Shown piece by piece: positions 36,641-48,995 of a stretch of DNA of 64,000 bases. Below the pieces are notes generated by a model. That model saw nothing but the letters and a program-made list of their open reading frames with translations. It ran no database searches and was not told the origin of the DNA. Source of the DNA: Planktothrix sp. GU0601_MAG3 (GTDB taxonomy: Bacteria; Cyanobacteriota; Cyanobacteriia; Cyanobacteriales; Microcoleaceae); contig CP136572.1 in assembly GCA_035193785.1 (NCBI GenBank), positions 5,044,578-5,108,577 on the forward strand, in the 5' to 3' direction. Each line of letters opens with the position of its first letter. Position 1 is the first letter of the stretch. The position numbers and the translations under genes are program-made.

Positions 36641-36940
36641 TTAGCCTTCTCCCCCTTCACCACTTTCTCCACCTTCATCTCCTTTCTTATCTTTATCCTC
36701 TTTATTGTCATCTTTTTGACCATCTTTGTCGGTTTCAGTAGATGCTTGTAACATCTCAAAGGAGGTAAAAGTATCCCCTGAAGTTGAAATTTCAGAGGCA
36801 ATTTCTTGAATAGAATTAGATGGGGATTGGGTGGTAGAAGCATTAGCAACAGTACCTAATCCGGCAGTTAAAACATAAGCTCCTACTCCCATCCAAATCT
36901 TAGTGCGAGTAGACAGACCATTATTTTTGTTGGTATTCAT
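36641..36940 (-). CDS. Small exported acidic protein ending in EGGESGEGGEG
   Basis: Signal-peptide-like N-terminus (..KIWMGVGAYVLTAGLGTVANA); stop 6 bp before the hydroxylase start. Confidence 0.75.
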   Translation of the reverse strand: MNTNKNNGLSTRTKIWMGVGAYVLTAGLGTVANASTTQSPSNSIQEIASEISTSGDTFTSFEMLQASTETDKDGQKDDNKEDKDKKGDEGGESGEGGEG

Positions 36941-37077
36941 GGGTTGATTCCTTTGTTCTTGATTTGAAACTAACTCTAATTTGTCATGGGATAGTGGCGA
37001 AACTGGTGACGAGAGAAAATTATTTTTTAGGTAGTTAGGACATATATTAGGGAACCGGGAGCAGGGGGAGCAGGGGA

Positions 37078-37424
37078 GCAGAGGACAAAGCCGATTAACA
37101 CAGACGAAAATCCGTGAAATCCGCGAAATCCTCCTAAATCCGTGATCCCCATTACCGCCCACAAATTGCAGAGGACAAAGCCGATTAACACAGACAAAAA
37201 TCCGTGAAATCCGCGAAATCCTCCTAAATCCGTGATCCCCATTACCGCCCACAAATTGCAGAGGACAAAGCCGATTAACACAAATAAAAATCCGTGAAAT
37301 CCGCGAAATCCTCCTAAATCCGTGATCCCCATTACCGCCCACAAATTGCAGAGGACAAAGCCAATTAACACAGACAAAAATCCGTGAAATCCGCGAAATC
37401 CTCCTAAATCCGTGATCCCTATTA
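37078..37424. repeat. 90-bp tandem repeat, ~3.8 near-identical copies
   Basis: Units at 37081, 37171, 37261, 37351; no variable spacers. Confidence 0.92.
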
Positions 37425-37426
37425 TC

Positions 37427-38290
37427 CTAGGTTTTTTGAATATTAGGATTAGGTTGAAGTTTAGTTACTTCTTCTAAATCGGGTAAAACAATTGGATTAT
37501 TCACATTTTGCGTATTGGTTTCCATTAGATTATTAATTGATTCTGTTAATTGACCAGGATTCATAAAGATAATTTTTGAATTCGGACTTTCGCTTAATTG
37601 TTGGTTAGCTTCAACATATTGTTTTGTAATTAAAAATTTCAAAAATTCCTGACTGTTTGTTTTTAATCCCAAAGTATCAGCTAATACTTTAATAGATTGA
37701 GCTTGTCCTTGAGCTTCTAAAATTTCCGCCTGTTTTTGACTTTCAGCAACCCGTTTGCGTTCCATTGACTCCTGTATAGATTTAGGAGGAGTGATATTTT
37801 GAATATCCACCCGAATAATAATAATTCCCCAGGTCTTTGTTCCCTCTGCTAAAGCATATAATAATCTTCTGTTAATGTCTTTAATCTTAGCTAATAATTC
37901 CTCCAGATTAGTTAATCCAATTTCTGCGCGAAGTGTGGTTAAAACCAAATTAGAAATTGCCTCTTGGGTTTTATCAGTTTCAACGTTATAATAAAAGTTT
38001 TTTAAGTCTTCAATTTTCCAAAAAACCGCCGCATTAATTCCCAGGGTGATTTGATCTTTTGTAATCACTTCTTGGGGGTCAATATCTAATAAGCGTTCGC
38101 GGTTAGTATCATAATAAACAATTTTCTCCGCCACCGGAATAATAAATTGGAGTCCTGGTTTTAGAGTCCGTCTATATTTACCTAATCGTTCAACAATGGC
38201 TTGGTCACTGGTACTAACCACCTTCACCGAAGAATTAAGTGTAAATCCAATGATGATGGGAAATAAAATACCCAAAATATACTGGAACAT
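37427..38290 (-). CDS. SPFH/band-7 (stomatin-like) protein
   Basis: IVERLGKYRRTLKPGL, EVITKD, LRAEIG. Confidence 0.88.
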   Translation of the reverse strand: MFQYILGILFPIIIGFTLNSSVKVVSTSDQAIVERLGKYRRTLKPGLQFIIPVAEKIVYYDTNRERLLDIDPQEVITKDQITLGINAAVFWKIEDLKNFYYNVETDKTQEAISNLVLTTLRAEIGLTNLEELLAKIKDINRRLLYALAEGTKTWGIIIIRVDIQNITPPKSIQESMERKRVAESQKQAEILEAQGQAQSIKVLADTLGLKTNSQEFLKFLITKQYVEANQQLSESPNSKIIFMNPGQLTESINNLMETNTQNVNNPIVLPDLEEVTKLQPNPNIQKT

Positions 38291-38399
38291 AATTTTTTTA
38301 AAAAATTATAATTGAATCGGAGGGCATCCCCCGCCATTGTAGCATAATCTTGAAGCAATCTGTCCCTATCCCCTTAAAAAAGGGGAGGGATTTAAAAGA

Positions 38400-40287
38400 T
38401 TAGGTTGAGGATTGAATTACACCGGAATGTTCAGTAATTCCCCCCACGGGTTCAAAGCGTCCTCCTAAATATTTAGCCAGAAATTCTTCAGCCACCGCAT
38501 AGAAATGTAAGCGATTTTCAGGACGGGCAAAACCATGTCCTTCATCGGTATATAACACATATTCTACAGGTTTACCAGCTTGTTTCATTGCCTCAAAAAT
38601 CTGCTCACTTTCCGCCTGTTTAACCCGGGGGTCATTTGCCCCTTGACCAATCAATAAAGGTTTCACAATCCGGTCAACAAAAAACAAAGGCGAGCGCTCT
38701 TTTAAAAATTCCGGTTCCGTGTCTAAATTGCCGACCCGATGATAGAAATTCTTGCGAATGGGTTCCCAATAGGGCGGAATACTTTGCATCAAAGTAATAA
38801 TATTACTCGGCCCGACAATATCCACACCACAGGCAAAAACTTCAGGAGTAAATGTTAACCCCACTAGGGTTGCATAGCCCCCATAAGACCCGCCCATAAT
38901 TGCGATTTTGTCCGGTTGGGAAATGCCCTTTTCCACTAACCAATTCACCCCATCAATTAAGTCCTGGTGCATTTTTCCCGCCCATTCTCGGTTGGCGGCA
39001 TTCAAGAAGGCTTTTCCATACCCGGTTGATCCCCGGAAATTGACCTGTAAGACCGCGTAACCCCGGTTAGCTAACCATTGGGCTTGGGAGTCATAACCCC
39101 AGGTATCTCGCGCCCAGGGGCCGCCATGAACTAACAGCACCGTGGGGGCGGGAAGCTCAACGCCAACGGGTTTGGTTAAATAACCATGAATGGTTAACCC
39201 ATCAATTGCGGTGTAAGAAATGGGTTCCATGGAGGCTAAAGATAAGCCTTCTAATTTGGGTTTATTGCTGAATAAAAAGCTGTGGGTTTTGGTGGGGCGA
39301 TCGTAAACGTAAAAATACACTGGGCCGTCATCGGTGACGAAACTAATTAACCATTTTTCATCGGATAATGTTCGACTAATGCCAAATTCCCCCGGACGAA
39401 TTTGTTTAATTGCCTCTATATCCTCGGCAATAATCGGGTCAATAATTTGCCATTCTTCCTTATCTTTATAAAAGGAAACCGCCTCAATCTTGCGGGTGGT
39501 GGGATGGGCTAATAATCCGCCAATATCATATTCAGGATCTTCAGCAATTACTGTTTCTTGACGGGTGGATAAATCCAAGGCAATTAATCGTTCAGCATTG
39601 GCATCATGGTTACCCACCATGTACAAAATTTTGCCATCATTAGAAAAGAAAGCCGCCCCGCCTTCTTCATTCGGCCCCCAATGACGCAGGGTTTCCCAAG
39701 GATGTTCGGGGGTTTCTCGATATAATAAATCAAACCCACCATCATCGGTGCTAGAACTGGCAGCCCGAATTTTAAAGTCAGCATCAGCCGTCCAACTAAC
39801 AATATTACCCGGATTTTCGGTATGAAAATCAACGGCGCCATTTTTTAAATTCACCTGATAAACGTCAAAAACCTGCGGGTCTCTCAGGTTCATTCCCACT
39901 AAAATTTGATCGGGAAAATTGTGATCTAAATTAACGACGTGCGAGTTAACTCCTTGAAATGGAGTTAGGTCTCGGACAACGTGGGTTTGGACATTGACTA
40001 AATACAAATGCCAATTTTCATCGCCATCGGAGTCCTGAACATAGATCAGTTGATCTGGGTTATATGTCCAGAAAAACACTCTAATTCCCCGTTTCGGATC
40101 ACGAGTCAAAGATTGGGTTTCTTCCTGTCCAACGGTTTTTAACCAAACCTGTAAAATATTCTTTTCATCTGGGGCAATATAGGCCAGATATTTACCATCG
40201 GGGGACAAACGGGGGCTAGTACGTTTCCGGGTTGCCAAATAGCAAATCCCGGGGAATTAAAGGGGGAAGTTCGGTTGTCGTGGCCAT
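38400..40287 (-). CDS. S9-family prolyl oligopeptidase; frameshift at GTTTC 40223-40227
   Basis: VHGGPW, GGSYGGY, NDPRV, DEGHGF; repaired start MATTTELPPLIPRDLLFGNPER. Confidence 0.92.
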
Positions 40288-40415
40288 GCTTTATGTATTC
40301 AAAACTTAACTTTTTCTATTGTGACTTAATTTTCCCATGTTGAGGGGAAACTAAGCTCCCCCATCTTCCGGTTAACCCTTGGGAATTAAATAGATCAGCC
40401 ACAGTCCACTACTTC

Positions 40416-40913
40416 TTATTGGCATCCTTGGACAGAAAGGGTGTAACTATATCCCAAGACTTTAACTCCTCCGACATTGACATTAACTTGATAGGGTTGA
40501 CTATCTGATCGGGGAGTGCCACTAATTTGTTGTGATTGATTTTGGTCAAGGGGAATATCGCCTTCAAAGACTTGATCCGCAGTATCATCTGGATATTTTA
40601 GGTACATTTTAATTTTAAATATTCCTGGGTCATTAGATAAAGATTGAATCGTTGCAATATACTCAGTAAAGGTAGCATTGTTCGGAACGACAAAATCCGT
40701 GTCCCAGTTGCCTCGATAACCTACGGGAATCCGAGGAATAGTTCCCAGATTGGGGGCAGATACTTGTTTTGTAACACTTGTTCCGTCACCTTTAACAACC
40801 GCTAAAGAGGTGCAAGTTTGGGCATTTGCTGATAAACTGATGGGGAGTAATACAGTTAAGATTGCCAGAGAAAATAGAGGTCGAATCATTATTTTTGTCA
40901 TAGGATTAATCAA
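40416..40913 (-). CDS. Hypothetical exported protein
   Basis: Signal peptide, NWDTDFVVP, terminal Cys pair. Confidence 0.65.
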   Translation of the reverse strand: MINPMTKIMIRPLFSLAILTVLLPISLSANAQTCTSLAVVKGDGTSVTKQVSAPNLGTIPRIPVGYRGNWDTDFVVPNNATFTEYIATIQSLSNDPGIFKIKMYLKYPDDTADQVFEGDIPLDQNQSQQISGTPRSDSQPYQVNVNVGGVKVLGYSYTLSVQGCQ

Positions 40914-41151
40914 GATTTTATCGTTCGTCCTACATTTTTGAATACTGTCATCAGTGAACTCCTATTAAGGCTTACCTGGAAACCCATCGACTATCGAGGC
41001 TTTTCTCCAAGACTGTCCTTTTACTCAGGGGGAAGTTTTAGATCCAAGTTATCGGCCGAACGCAGAAAACAATTAGCCCGACAAATCGCTATGATATTTG
41101 GATAAAACATAAAATCAAGAGCAACATCTTAGAAAATCTCAAATTTCTTAT

Positions 41152-41652
41152 ATGAGAGACGTTTCAGTATCCATCTGTCCCGTACCCCCCGAACAACGTC
41201 CTGTTAATGAATACCAAGAATTGAAAGAATCTTGGTTTTTTAGCTGGGTAACACTCAACTGGCCCCAATATTTGAGAAAATTATTCTGGGTGTGGTTAAT
41301 TAGCTGGGTAATTTTTTGCCCCGTAGCGGCGGCGAGTTTTACACCCAGCAAATATCTGGGTCAATTAATTCTCGGTGCGGCCGGGGGAGCAAGTTTTATT
41401 TTAACCTTAGTCGTGATTCGGTTATCTTTAGGCTGGTACTATATTAGATCGCGTCTACTCAGTCCTAGAATTTTCTACGAAGAATCGGGATGGTATGACG
41501 GCCAAACCTGGCTGAAAACCCCGGAATTTTTAGTCCAAGATCGGTTAATTCTCACCCATCAAGTCCAACCAATTCTGACTCGATTACGACAAACCTATTA
41601 TGGTTTAGCCGGATTATTGCTCGGTGGAGGATTAATCTGGATCTTGTTATGA
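41152..41652 (+). CDS. ycf36: CGLD27/Ycf36 (DUF1230) family protein
   Basis: CPVPPEQRPVNEY, YEESGWYDGQTW. Confidence 0.88.
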   Translation: MRDVSVSICPVPPEQRPVNEYQELKESWFFSWVTLNWPQYLRKLFWVWLISWVIFCPVAAASFTPSKYLGQLILGAAGGASFILTLVVIRLSLGWYYIRSRLLSPRIFYEESGWYDGQTWLKTPEFLVQDRLILTHQVQPILTRLRQTYYGLAGLLLGGGLIWILL

Positions 41653-41695
41653 ACAGTTACCTACCCTATCCAATATAAACTCTAAATTTTAAAAT

Positions 41696-42649
41696 ATGAC
41701 ACGGGGAAAACGAACACAAGCCAAAGAACTCGAAGTCAGACTCCTACGGGAAGGACTGGTTGAGTCTACCCATCGGGTGCAGGCGACCGTCTGTGATCAT
41801 CGAGGACGGGTGTTATCCGTTGCTGGAAACTCCGACACCGCCACCTTTATCCGTTCCGCCTTAAAACCCTTTCAAGCCTTAGCTGTGGCTACCACAGGCA
41901 CACTGGAACGATATGATTTAACCGATATTGATTTAGCGATTATTTGTAGTTCCCATCAGGGAACCGTTGAACAGGCTCGACAGGCTTTTAATATTCTCTG
42001 GCGGGCGGATGTTGAACCCGTACAACTCCAGTGTCCGATTCCCCCCGGGAAAAATAGCCCCCTGCAACATGGCTGTTCGGGAAAACACGCCGGAATGTTA
42101 GCGGTTTGTCAACAATGTCATTGGCCCTTAGAAAGCTATTTACAACGAAAACATCCTCTGCAACAACTGATTATTGGTAAGGTCGGGGAATTATTAGGAT
42201 TACCCCCCGATGAATTCCTCGGCGCCCGGGATGACTGCGGCGCACCCACCTATTATCTGGAATTGGGTCAAATGGGGACACTCTATGCTCAATTGGCTTC
42301 TGGAGACAACCTAGACCGGGAACGAATTGTCCGGGCCATGACCCATCATCCTGAAATGGTGGCGGGAGAGGGACATTTTGATACGGAATTAATGCGTTTA
42401 ACCGAAGGCGAATTGGTCAGCAAGTCCGGGGCGGAAGGGGTGCAATGTGTGGGACGTATTGGCGAGGGTATGGGATTGGCAATTAAAGTTATGGATGGCT
42501 CCCATCGGGCTAAATATGCCACGGCAATTCATCTATTAAAACAAATGGGCTGGATTACACCGACCATCGCGGAAACCCTCTCGGAAAAATTCCTTACCCT
42601 GAGTGATTTTAAGCGTTTGGATGTGATCGGCGAATTATCGTTTTTGTAA
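41696..42649 (+). CDS. Asparaginase II-family protein
   Basis: RSALKPFQA, CSGKHAGML, KSGAEG. Confidence 0.88.
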   Translation: MTRGKRTQAKELEVRLLREGLVESTHRVQATVCDHRGRVLSVAGNSDTATFIRSALKPFQALAVATTGTLERYDLTDIDLAIICSSHQGTVEQARQAFNILWRADVEPVQLQCPIPPGKNSPLQHGCSGKHAGMLAVCQQCHWPLESYLQRKHPLQQLIIGKVGELLGLPPDEFLGARDDCGAPTYYLELGQMGTLYAQLASGDNLDRERIVRAMTHHPEMVAGEGHFDTELMRLTEGELVSKSGAEGVQCVGRIGEGMGLAIKVMDGSHRAKYATAIHLLKQMGWITPTIAETLSEKFLTLSDFKRLDVIGELSFL

Positions 42650-42798
42650 ATCAGAACTTACCCATCACCGCTATTAATATTAGGGGTAATTAATGAATTA
42701 CCCCCACCTCTAGGGTTACATTCCCAAATTTGCCTAAGTCCTGATTGCCAGAAAATCACCTGTGACTAACATCACCCTGGCTACTGAGTCAAGTCACT

Positions 42799-42836
42799 GT
42801 TACAATCCTTAATATTCCGTTATATTTGTTTACATA
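42799..42836 (+). promoter_or_regulatory. HLR1 (RpaB)-like direct-repeat array upstream of psb34
   Basis: GTTACAAT-cc-TTAATATT-cc-GTTATATT-tg-TTTACATA, 10-bp period. Confidence 0.65.
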
Positions 42837-42858
42837 AGCCAAGTAACGGAAAAAGACC

Positions 42859-43023
42859 ATGAAAACCACCAACGAAAACGGCATCCTGAATAACTACGCC
42901 ACCGAACCCCAACTTTATTTTGCTGAGTATCCCTCACCCGAACAGCAAAATCGCTATGCAGTCCAAGCCACCGTCGCAGCACTCTTGGTGACTTCCCTGC
43001 TCCTGATTGCCTTTGTCGCCTAA
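42859..43023 (+). CDS. psb34: Psb34/Ssl1498-family photosystem II assembly protein (54 aa, absent from ORF track)
   Basis: MKTTNENGILNNYATEPQLYFAEYPSPEQQNRYAVQATVAALLVTSLLLIAFVA*. Confidence 0.85.
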   Translation: MKTTNENGILNNYATEPQLYFAEYPSPEQQNRYAVQATVAALLVTSLLLIAFVA

Positions 43024-43084
43024 AATCATGGGCCATTATTTCTCTCCCCTATCTTCCCTCTAAAAAAATATTTCCCAAAAGGGG

Positions 43085-43114
43085 TTGCCAAATCCAGAAG
43101 GTTATGGTTATAAT
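43085..43114 (+). promoter_or_regulatory. Sigma70-type promoter for the tRNA
   Basis: TTGCCA-N18-TATAAT about 20 bp upstream of the tRNA. Confidence 0.6.
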
Positions 43115-43133
43115 ACAAAAGGAAGAAAAGCGA

Positions 43134-43210
<77 letters not shown>

Positions 43211-43220
43211 AATTAGATAA

Positions 43221-43262
43221 AAATAAACCTCGCAAACTTGAATGGGTGCGGGGTTTATTTTT
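43221..43262. terminator. Hairpin, likely bidirectional terminator between tRNA and dedA
   Basis: aaataaacctcgca...tgcggggtttattt followed by Ts. Confidence 0.6.
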
Positions 43263-43346
43263 ATGGTTGTTTTTAATCAGTTTAAGGAAAGAGGGATAAA
43301 TGGCGAAGTCTTTCCCCCCGATTAGTGCGTAGTGCTATATAACCGA

Positions 43347-43955
43347 TTATCCAGCGTTTTTTCTCATATTTTTGCGAAGAATCCAAAGTCCCAAACCAAT
43401 AACTAAACTTAATAACACAATCTTAGAAACTGGGCCCAAATATTCATCGACCAAATCATAATGGTCTCCCAATAAATACCCGGCTCCTGTTAAAAAAGTC
43501 ACCCAAAGGGTTGTACCAATGGTAGAATAGATGATGAAGGGAATTAATGGCATATTGTTTAAACCCGCAGGTAAAGAAATTAATGTTCTTACCCCGGGAA
43601 CTAAACGACATAAAAAAACAGCCATACCGCCATATCGAGTGAACCAATTATTGGCTTTATCAATATCCCTACCGGAAACCGTAATCCATTTTCCGTATTT
43701 ATCCGCTAAATCTCTTAACCTTTCTTCCCCGAAGAATTTACCCGCATAATACCAAGGAAACGCCCCTAATATTGTTCCGACAACTCCCGCTAAAATTGCA
43801 GGGAAAAATTGCATTTCCCCTCGGGATACCGTAAAACCCGCTAAGGGCATAATTAACTCAGAGGGAATAGGCGGAAAGAGATTTTCTAAAAACATTAATA
43901 AACCAATTCCTAGATAACCCAAGGAACCCATAGTATTAGTAATCCATTCAACCAT
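43347..43955 (-). CDS. DedA-family membrane protein
   Basis: ENLFPPIPSELIMPLAGF, RLVPGVRTLISLPAG. Confidence 0.93.
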   Translation of the reverse strand: MVEWITNTMGSLGYLGIGLLMFLENLFPPIPSELIMPLAGFTVSRGEMQFFPAILAGVVGTILGAFPWYYAGKFFGEERLRDLADKYGKWITVSGRDIDKANNWFTRYGGMAVFLCRLVPGVRTLISLPAGLNNMPLIPFIIYSTIGTTLWVTFLTGAGYLLGDHYDLVDEYLGPVSKIVLLSLVIGLGLWILRKNMRKNAG

Positions 43956-44052
43956 AGTCTTTTCTTAATTTAATTGTCAAAAAAAGCAAACCGGGCTTCA
44001 GGTTTAGAAACCCGGTTTAGGGAGTAGCTCAAAAATCTACGTCAGCAACAAC

Positions 44053-45409
<1,357 letters not shown>

Positions 45410-45572
45410 TCAAGTATTCTGTTGGTGACGTCCCCATGCAACTGAGGGTTCCTCGTCAAAATTAGTGATTGTTGCAATTTATTAACATAGAGCCTAACGC
45501 GAAACTTGTCATTAGGCCAGAGGTGACACAGAAACCAGAAACCAGGTTTCTCGAAGAAACCCGGTTTCTATT

Positions 45573-46481
45573 CTATTTGTTCAACAAACAATTAAGTACG
45601 ATTTCTACACAGGGAACGGGAACACTATTACCAATTAATCGCCGAAAAGTCGAATAGGAACCCACTATTTTAAATTCATCGGGAAAACCTTGCAAACGTA
45701 GCATTTCTCGCTCGGTTAATCTTCTTTCTCCATTGACTAATAAATAATTATAGGATGCTCCGGCTCTTAATGCACAGGAGTAGGGATAGGCACTAATATG
45801 ACCGGCTTTATTTTCATGCCAAATTGTCGGTTCAGTATGGGTTTTTCCTTGATATTTAATTAAACGACTATTACGGATTTTTTCCGAAGCATAATAAAAG
45901 TCTGAAACTTGCGGTTCTAAAATTTCTGTTAAGGGTTTCATCGGGATTTTTTGAATTTCCCAGCGAAAGGATAACGGTTGACGATAACCGACAATAAAAA
46001 TCCGTTCTCGCTTTTGGGGTAGTCCACAATTTAAGGCATTCAGCACTTTATATTCAACAGTATAACCCAATTTTTCTAAAACTTCAATAATAGATTTTAA
46101 GGTTTTTCCCTGGTTATGTCCGACTAATTGTTTGACATTTTCTAGGATAAAATAATTGGGTTTTTTACTAGCCAAAATTCTAGCAATATCAAAAAATAAT
46201 GTTCCTCTGGTGTCTTCAAATCCTTTAAGCTGTCCACAAATACTAAAGGGTTGACAGGGAAACCCCGCCAATAAAATATCGTGTTCGGGAATGTCTTCAG
46301 CCATAATTTGGGTAATATCTCCGGCGGGTTTTTCCCCAAAATTCATCTGATAGATTTTTTGAGCATCGGAATCAATATCTGAGGAAAAAACACATTTTGG
46401 ATTAATATTTTTAGCATTTAATACTTGATTAATCGCAATTCTAAATCCTCCAACTCCACAAAATAAATCAATATATCTCAT
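45573..46481 (-). CDS. DNA (cytosine-5)-methyltransferase, no adjacent endonuclease
   Basis: DLFCGVGG, GFPCQ, ENV, QKRERIFIVG, GNSV motifs. Confidence 0.93.
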   Translation of the reverse strand: MRYIDLFCGVGGFRIAINQVLNAKNINPKCVFSSDIDSDAQKIYQMNFGEKPAGDITQIMAEDIPEHDILLAGFPCQPFSICGQLKGFEDTRGTLFFDIARILASKKPNYFILENVKQLVGHNQGKTLKSIIEVLEKLGYTVEYKVLNALNCGLPQKRERIFIVGYRQPLSFRWEIQKIPMKPLTEILEPQVSDFYYASEKIRNSRLIKYQGKTHTEPTIWHENKAGHISAYPYSCALRAGASYNYLLVNGERRLTEREMLRLQGFPDEFKIVGSYSTFRRLIGNSVPVPCVEIVLNCLLNK

Positions 46482-46503
46482 TCTTGATTTCTACGTTATA
46501 TGG

Positions 46504-46711
46504 CTCAGGGAAACCAGGGTTTTGTAGGGGTAGTGCCCCCGTGCCTACCCTCCCCATCCACGATTTGCAGGCGTTTCAGGGATTGGGGCAACCACGGGGG
46601 GATTGGGGCAACCACGGGGGGATTGGGGCAACCACGGGGGGATTGGGGCAACCACGGGGGGATTGGGGCAACCACGGGGGGATTGCCCCTACAAAGAATG
46701 AAACAGCCCTG
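46504..46711. mobile_element. Left-truncated copy of MITE-like element with 5 x 20-bp internal repeat
   Basis: Near-identical to 55956-56298; keeps right TIR agaatgaaacagccctg, lacks left TIR. Confidence 0.8.
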
Positions 46712-46799
46712 GGGGTGTTAAGAGGGTTGAAAGACCCAAACCCTACGATAAAATGTTACAACCAGAAGTATTACCTGTTCCGGTGTTACCTCTCAAAAA

Positions 46800-47018
46800 T
46801 TAAGCTATTTCAAAATAGTCTATTTGCAATACAGGGCCAATCATTGCCAAGGTCATAATATCCTCTCGAATTTGACCTGTAATGGTGACTTTTAACCCCG
46901 ATTTTTGCAAATCTTTGGGAGGATTATGGAGTTCATAGGTTTTGCCATCGCTGACTAATGCCCAGGTTCCAGAACCAAATCCTTTCCGCTCAATTGTACC
47001 TGTAACGGTGATATTCAT
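46800..47018 (-). CDS. Small conserved hypothetical protein
   Basis: Start overlaps the peptidase stop; GTWALV...MTLAMIGPVL. Confidence 0.7.
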   Translation of the reverse strand: MNITVTGTIERKGFGSGTWALVSDGKTYELHNPPKDLQKSGLKVTITGQIREDIMTLAMIGPVLQIDYFEIA

Positions 47019-48848
47019 ATCGCGTTTACCTGAGTTTTAATCGCCAAACGAGCCAACCCAAAACATAACAAAGCATTGGTAACTAAAAACAGTTGAGGGA
47101 CGAAACCTTTGCCTAATCCCCAAACAGTAGGAGAGACTATCGCACTAATTCCTAAACAACTGGCTGTTCCAATGGTTATTCCAATCGCCACCCATTTCCA
47201 ATGTGGATGTCCCAGGAATAATACTATTAAAATTGCCGGAATTAATACACTGGCAAATAGGGGATTTAAAGTCGAACTTCCTTGAATTGCGCCCCCTAAT
47301 TCCGGCAGAGAACTACCCATCATTCGCATCGGCCATTGGGGTAAATCAAAGATATAGAAACCCCGCAGGAAAAATAAACCACTACTTCCCGCAACTAATC
47401 CCCCGGCCAAAGACCAACCCCATTGAAACGGGAAATAATTTCTTAGAAACCACGCTAATAAATAGGAACCCAAAACCATCGCTAATTTAGGCAATAATGC
47501 CACCGCCCCGCCATCAACCCAAAATCGAGGACTCAGATAACCATTATCGCGTAACCAACGAAAGAAATCTCGGAAAGTAATTTGTCCTTTCAATGCCATT
47601 TGTACGGCGTTTGTGGCATCTAAATGACCCGCCCCGAAATGATTTAGGGGGTCTTCTGAAACTTTGCGGGCAGATTCTTTGAGAATATTAATAACTTGAT
47701 TCGGTTTCGGTAACTCCACTGGCTTTAATTAATGCGGCTACCCCAGCAACGTGCGGCGCCGCCATACTTGTGCCTTGAAAAGCTGCAAAAACCGCGTCAC
47801 CCGTTGCCGGGTCAATGGTATTTTGTAGGATACCTCCGACTTGATTTTCCCCTTCAATTAATCCTCCCGGGGCGGCAATATCAACCCCAGCGCCAAAATT
47901 AGAATAGGGGGTTTTATTTCCCGCCGCATCTAACGCCGCCACACCTAAAACTTTAGGATAACGGGCAGGATATCCGGCGCAATTTTCCCCGGAATTTCCC
48001 GCGGCTCCAATAATTACAACTCCTTTAGAATAGGCATAATCAATGGCTTCTTGCATTAAATGACTTTCGCCACCACCACCTAAACTCATGTTAATCACAT
48101 CGGCGTTATGGTCAGCAGCAAATTTAATCGCTTCGGCAATATCAGAAATCGTGCCACCGCCCCCGGAACTTAATACTTTTAGGGGCATAATTTTGGCTTT
48201 ATAAGCAATACCAGTTACGCCATAATTATTATTAGTAGATTGGGCAATAGTTCCGGCAACATGGGTTCCATGTCCGTTATCATCAAAGGCTTCAATTTTA
48301 TCATTCACAAAATCATAGCCTTCCACAAATTGGGTCTGTTCTAAATCGGGAACTAGACTAACTCCACTATCAATAACGGCAACGGTAACTCCTTCTCCCT
48401 GGGTTTCACTCCAGGCCCCCTCTAAATTAATACTACGAAAATTCCATTGTTTCCCATATAAAGGGTCATTGGGAATTGTATTTGCCATATTATAAATAAT
48501 CGCGGCTTGAGAATTTTCCCCTGGAATTTCGTCCGCACGATAGATATAATTGGGTTCAATAAATTCTGTCTGTTTACCCAAGGATTTTCTCAAGGATTTT
48601 AGTAGTTTGGCATCCCCTCTAACCACATAAACGTTATCCGCTTGAGAAAATTCACTATTGAGATAGGGAACAATTTGATATTGTTCAGAAATTGACCGCA
48701 CTTGATTGGCAATTTCCGATTGCCCTAAAGATTCCTTAAAATCAAGTACAATACTGTCATAACTGCCTTGATTAGCAAGACCGGAGAAGTTAGAAACTGC
48801 CCAGCCTAAACCCACTAAAAATAAGCAGAATAGGAAAAATTTTTTCAT
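47015..48848 (-). CDS. Subtilisin-like S8 peptidase with C-terminal membrane domain; frameshift at GTTTC 47704-47708
   Basis: VAVIDSG, HGTHVAG, GTSMAAPHV catalytic triad. Confidence 0.9.
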
Positions 48849-48995
48849 CGTTTTTCAAAAGTTGAGGTTGATGAGAAGTCAGCGGTTTCCAGAAACCGGG
48901 TTTCCTGGGTCTGAACATATATCTTATTCCTATTCTATCTATCATCATCAAAATAGATGATCATAGATAATAACTTTCACAGAGGAAAAATTACA

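Noticed and set aside
37078..37424. CRISPR array
   Set aside because: Whole 90-bp units are near-identical, with no unique spacers and no cas genes.
42830..43036. Minus-strand 68-aa ORF and other antisense ORFs in the track
   Set aside because: Shadows of better-supported genes on the opposite strand (here psb34).
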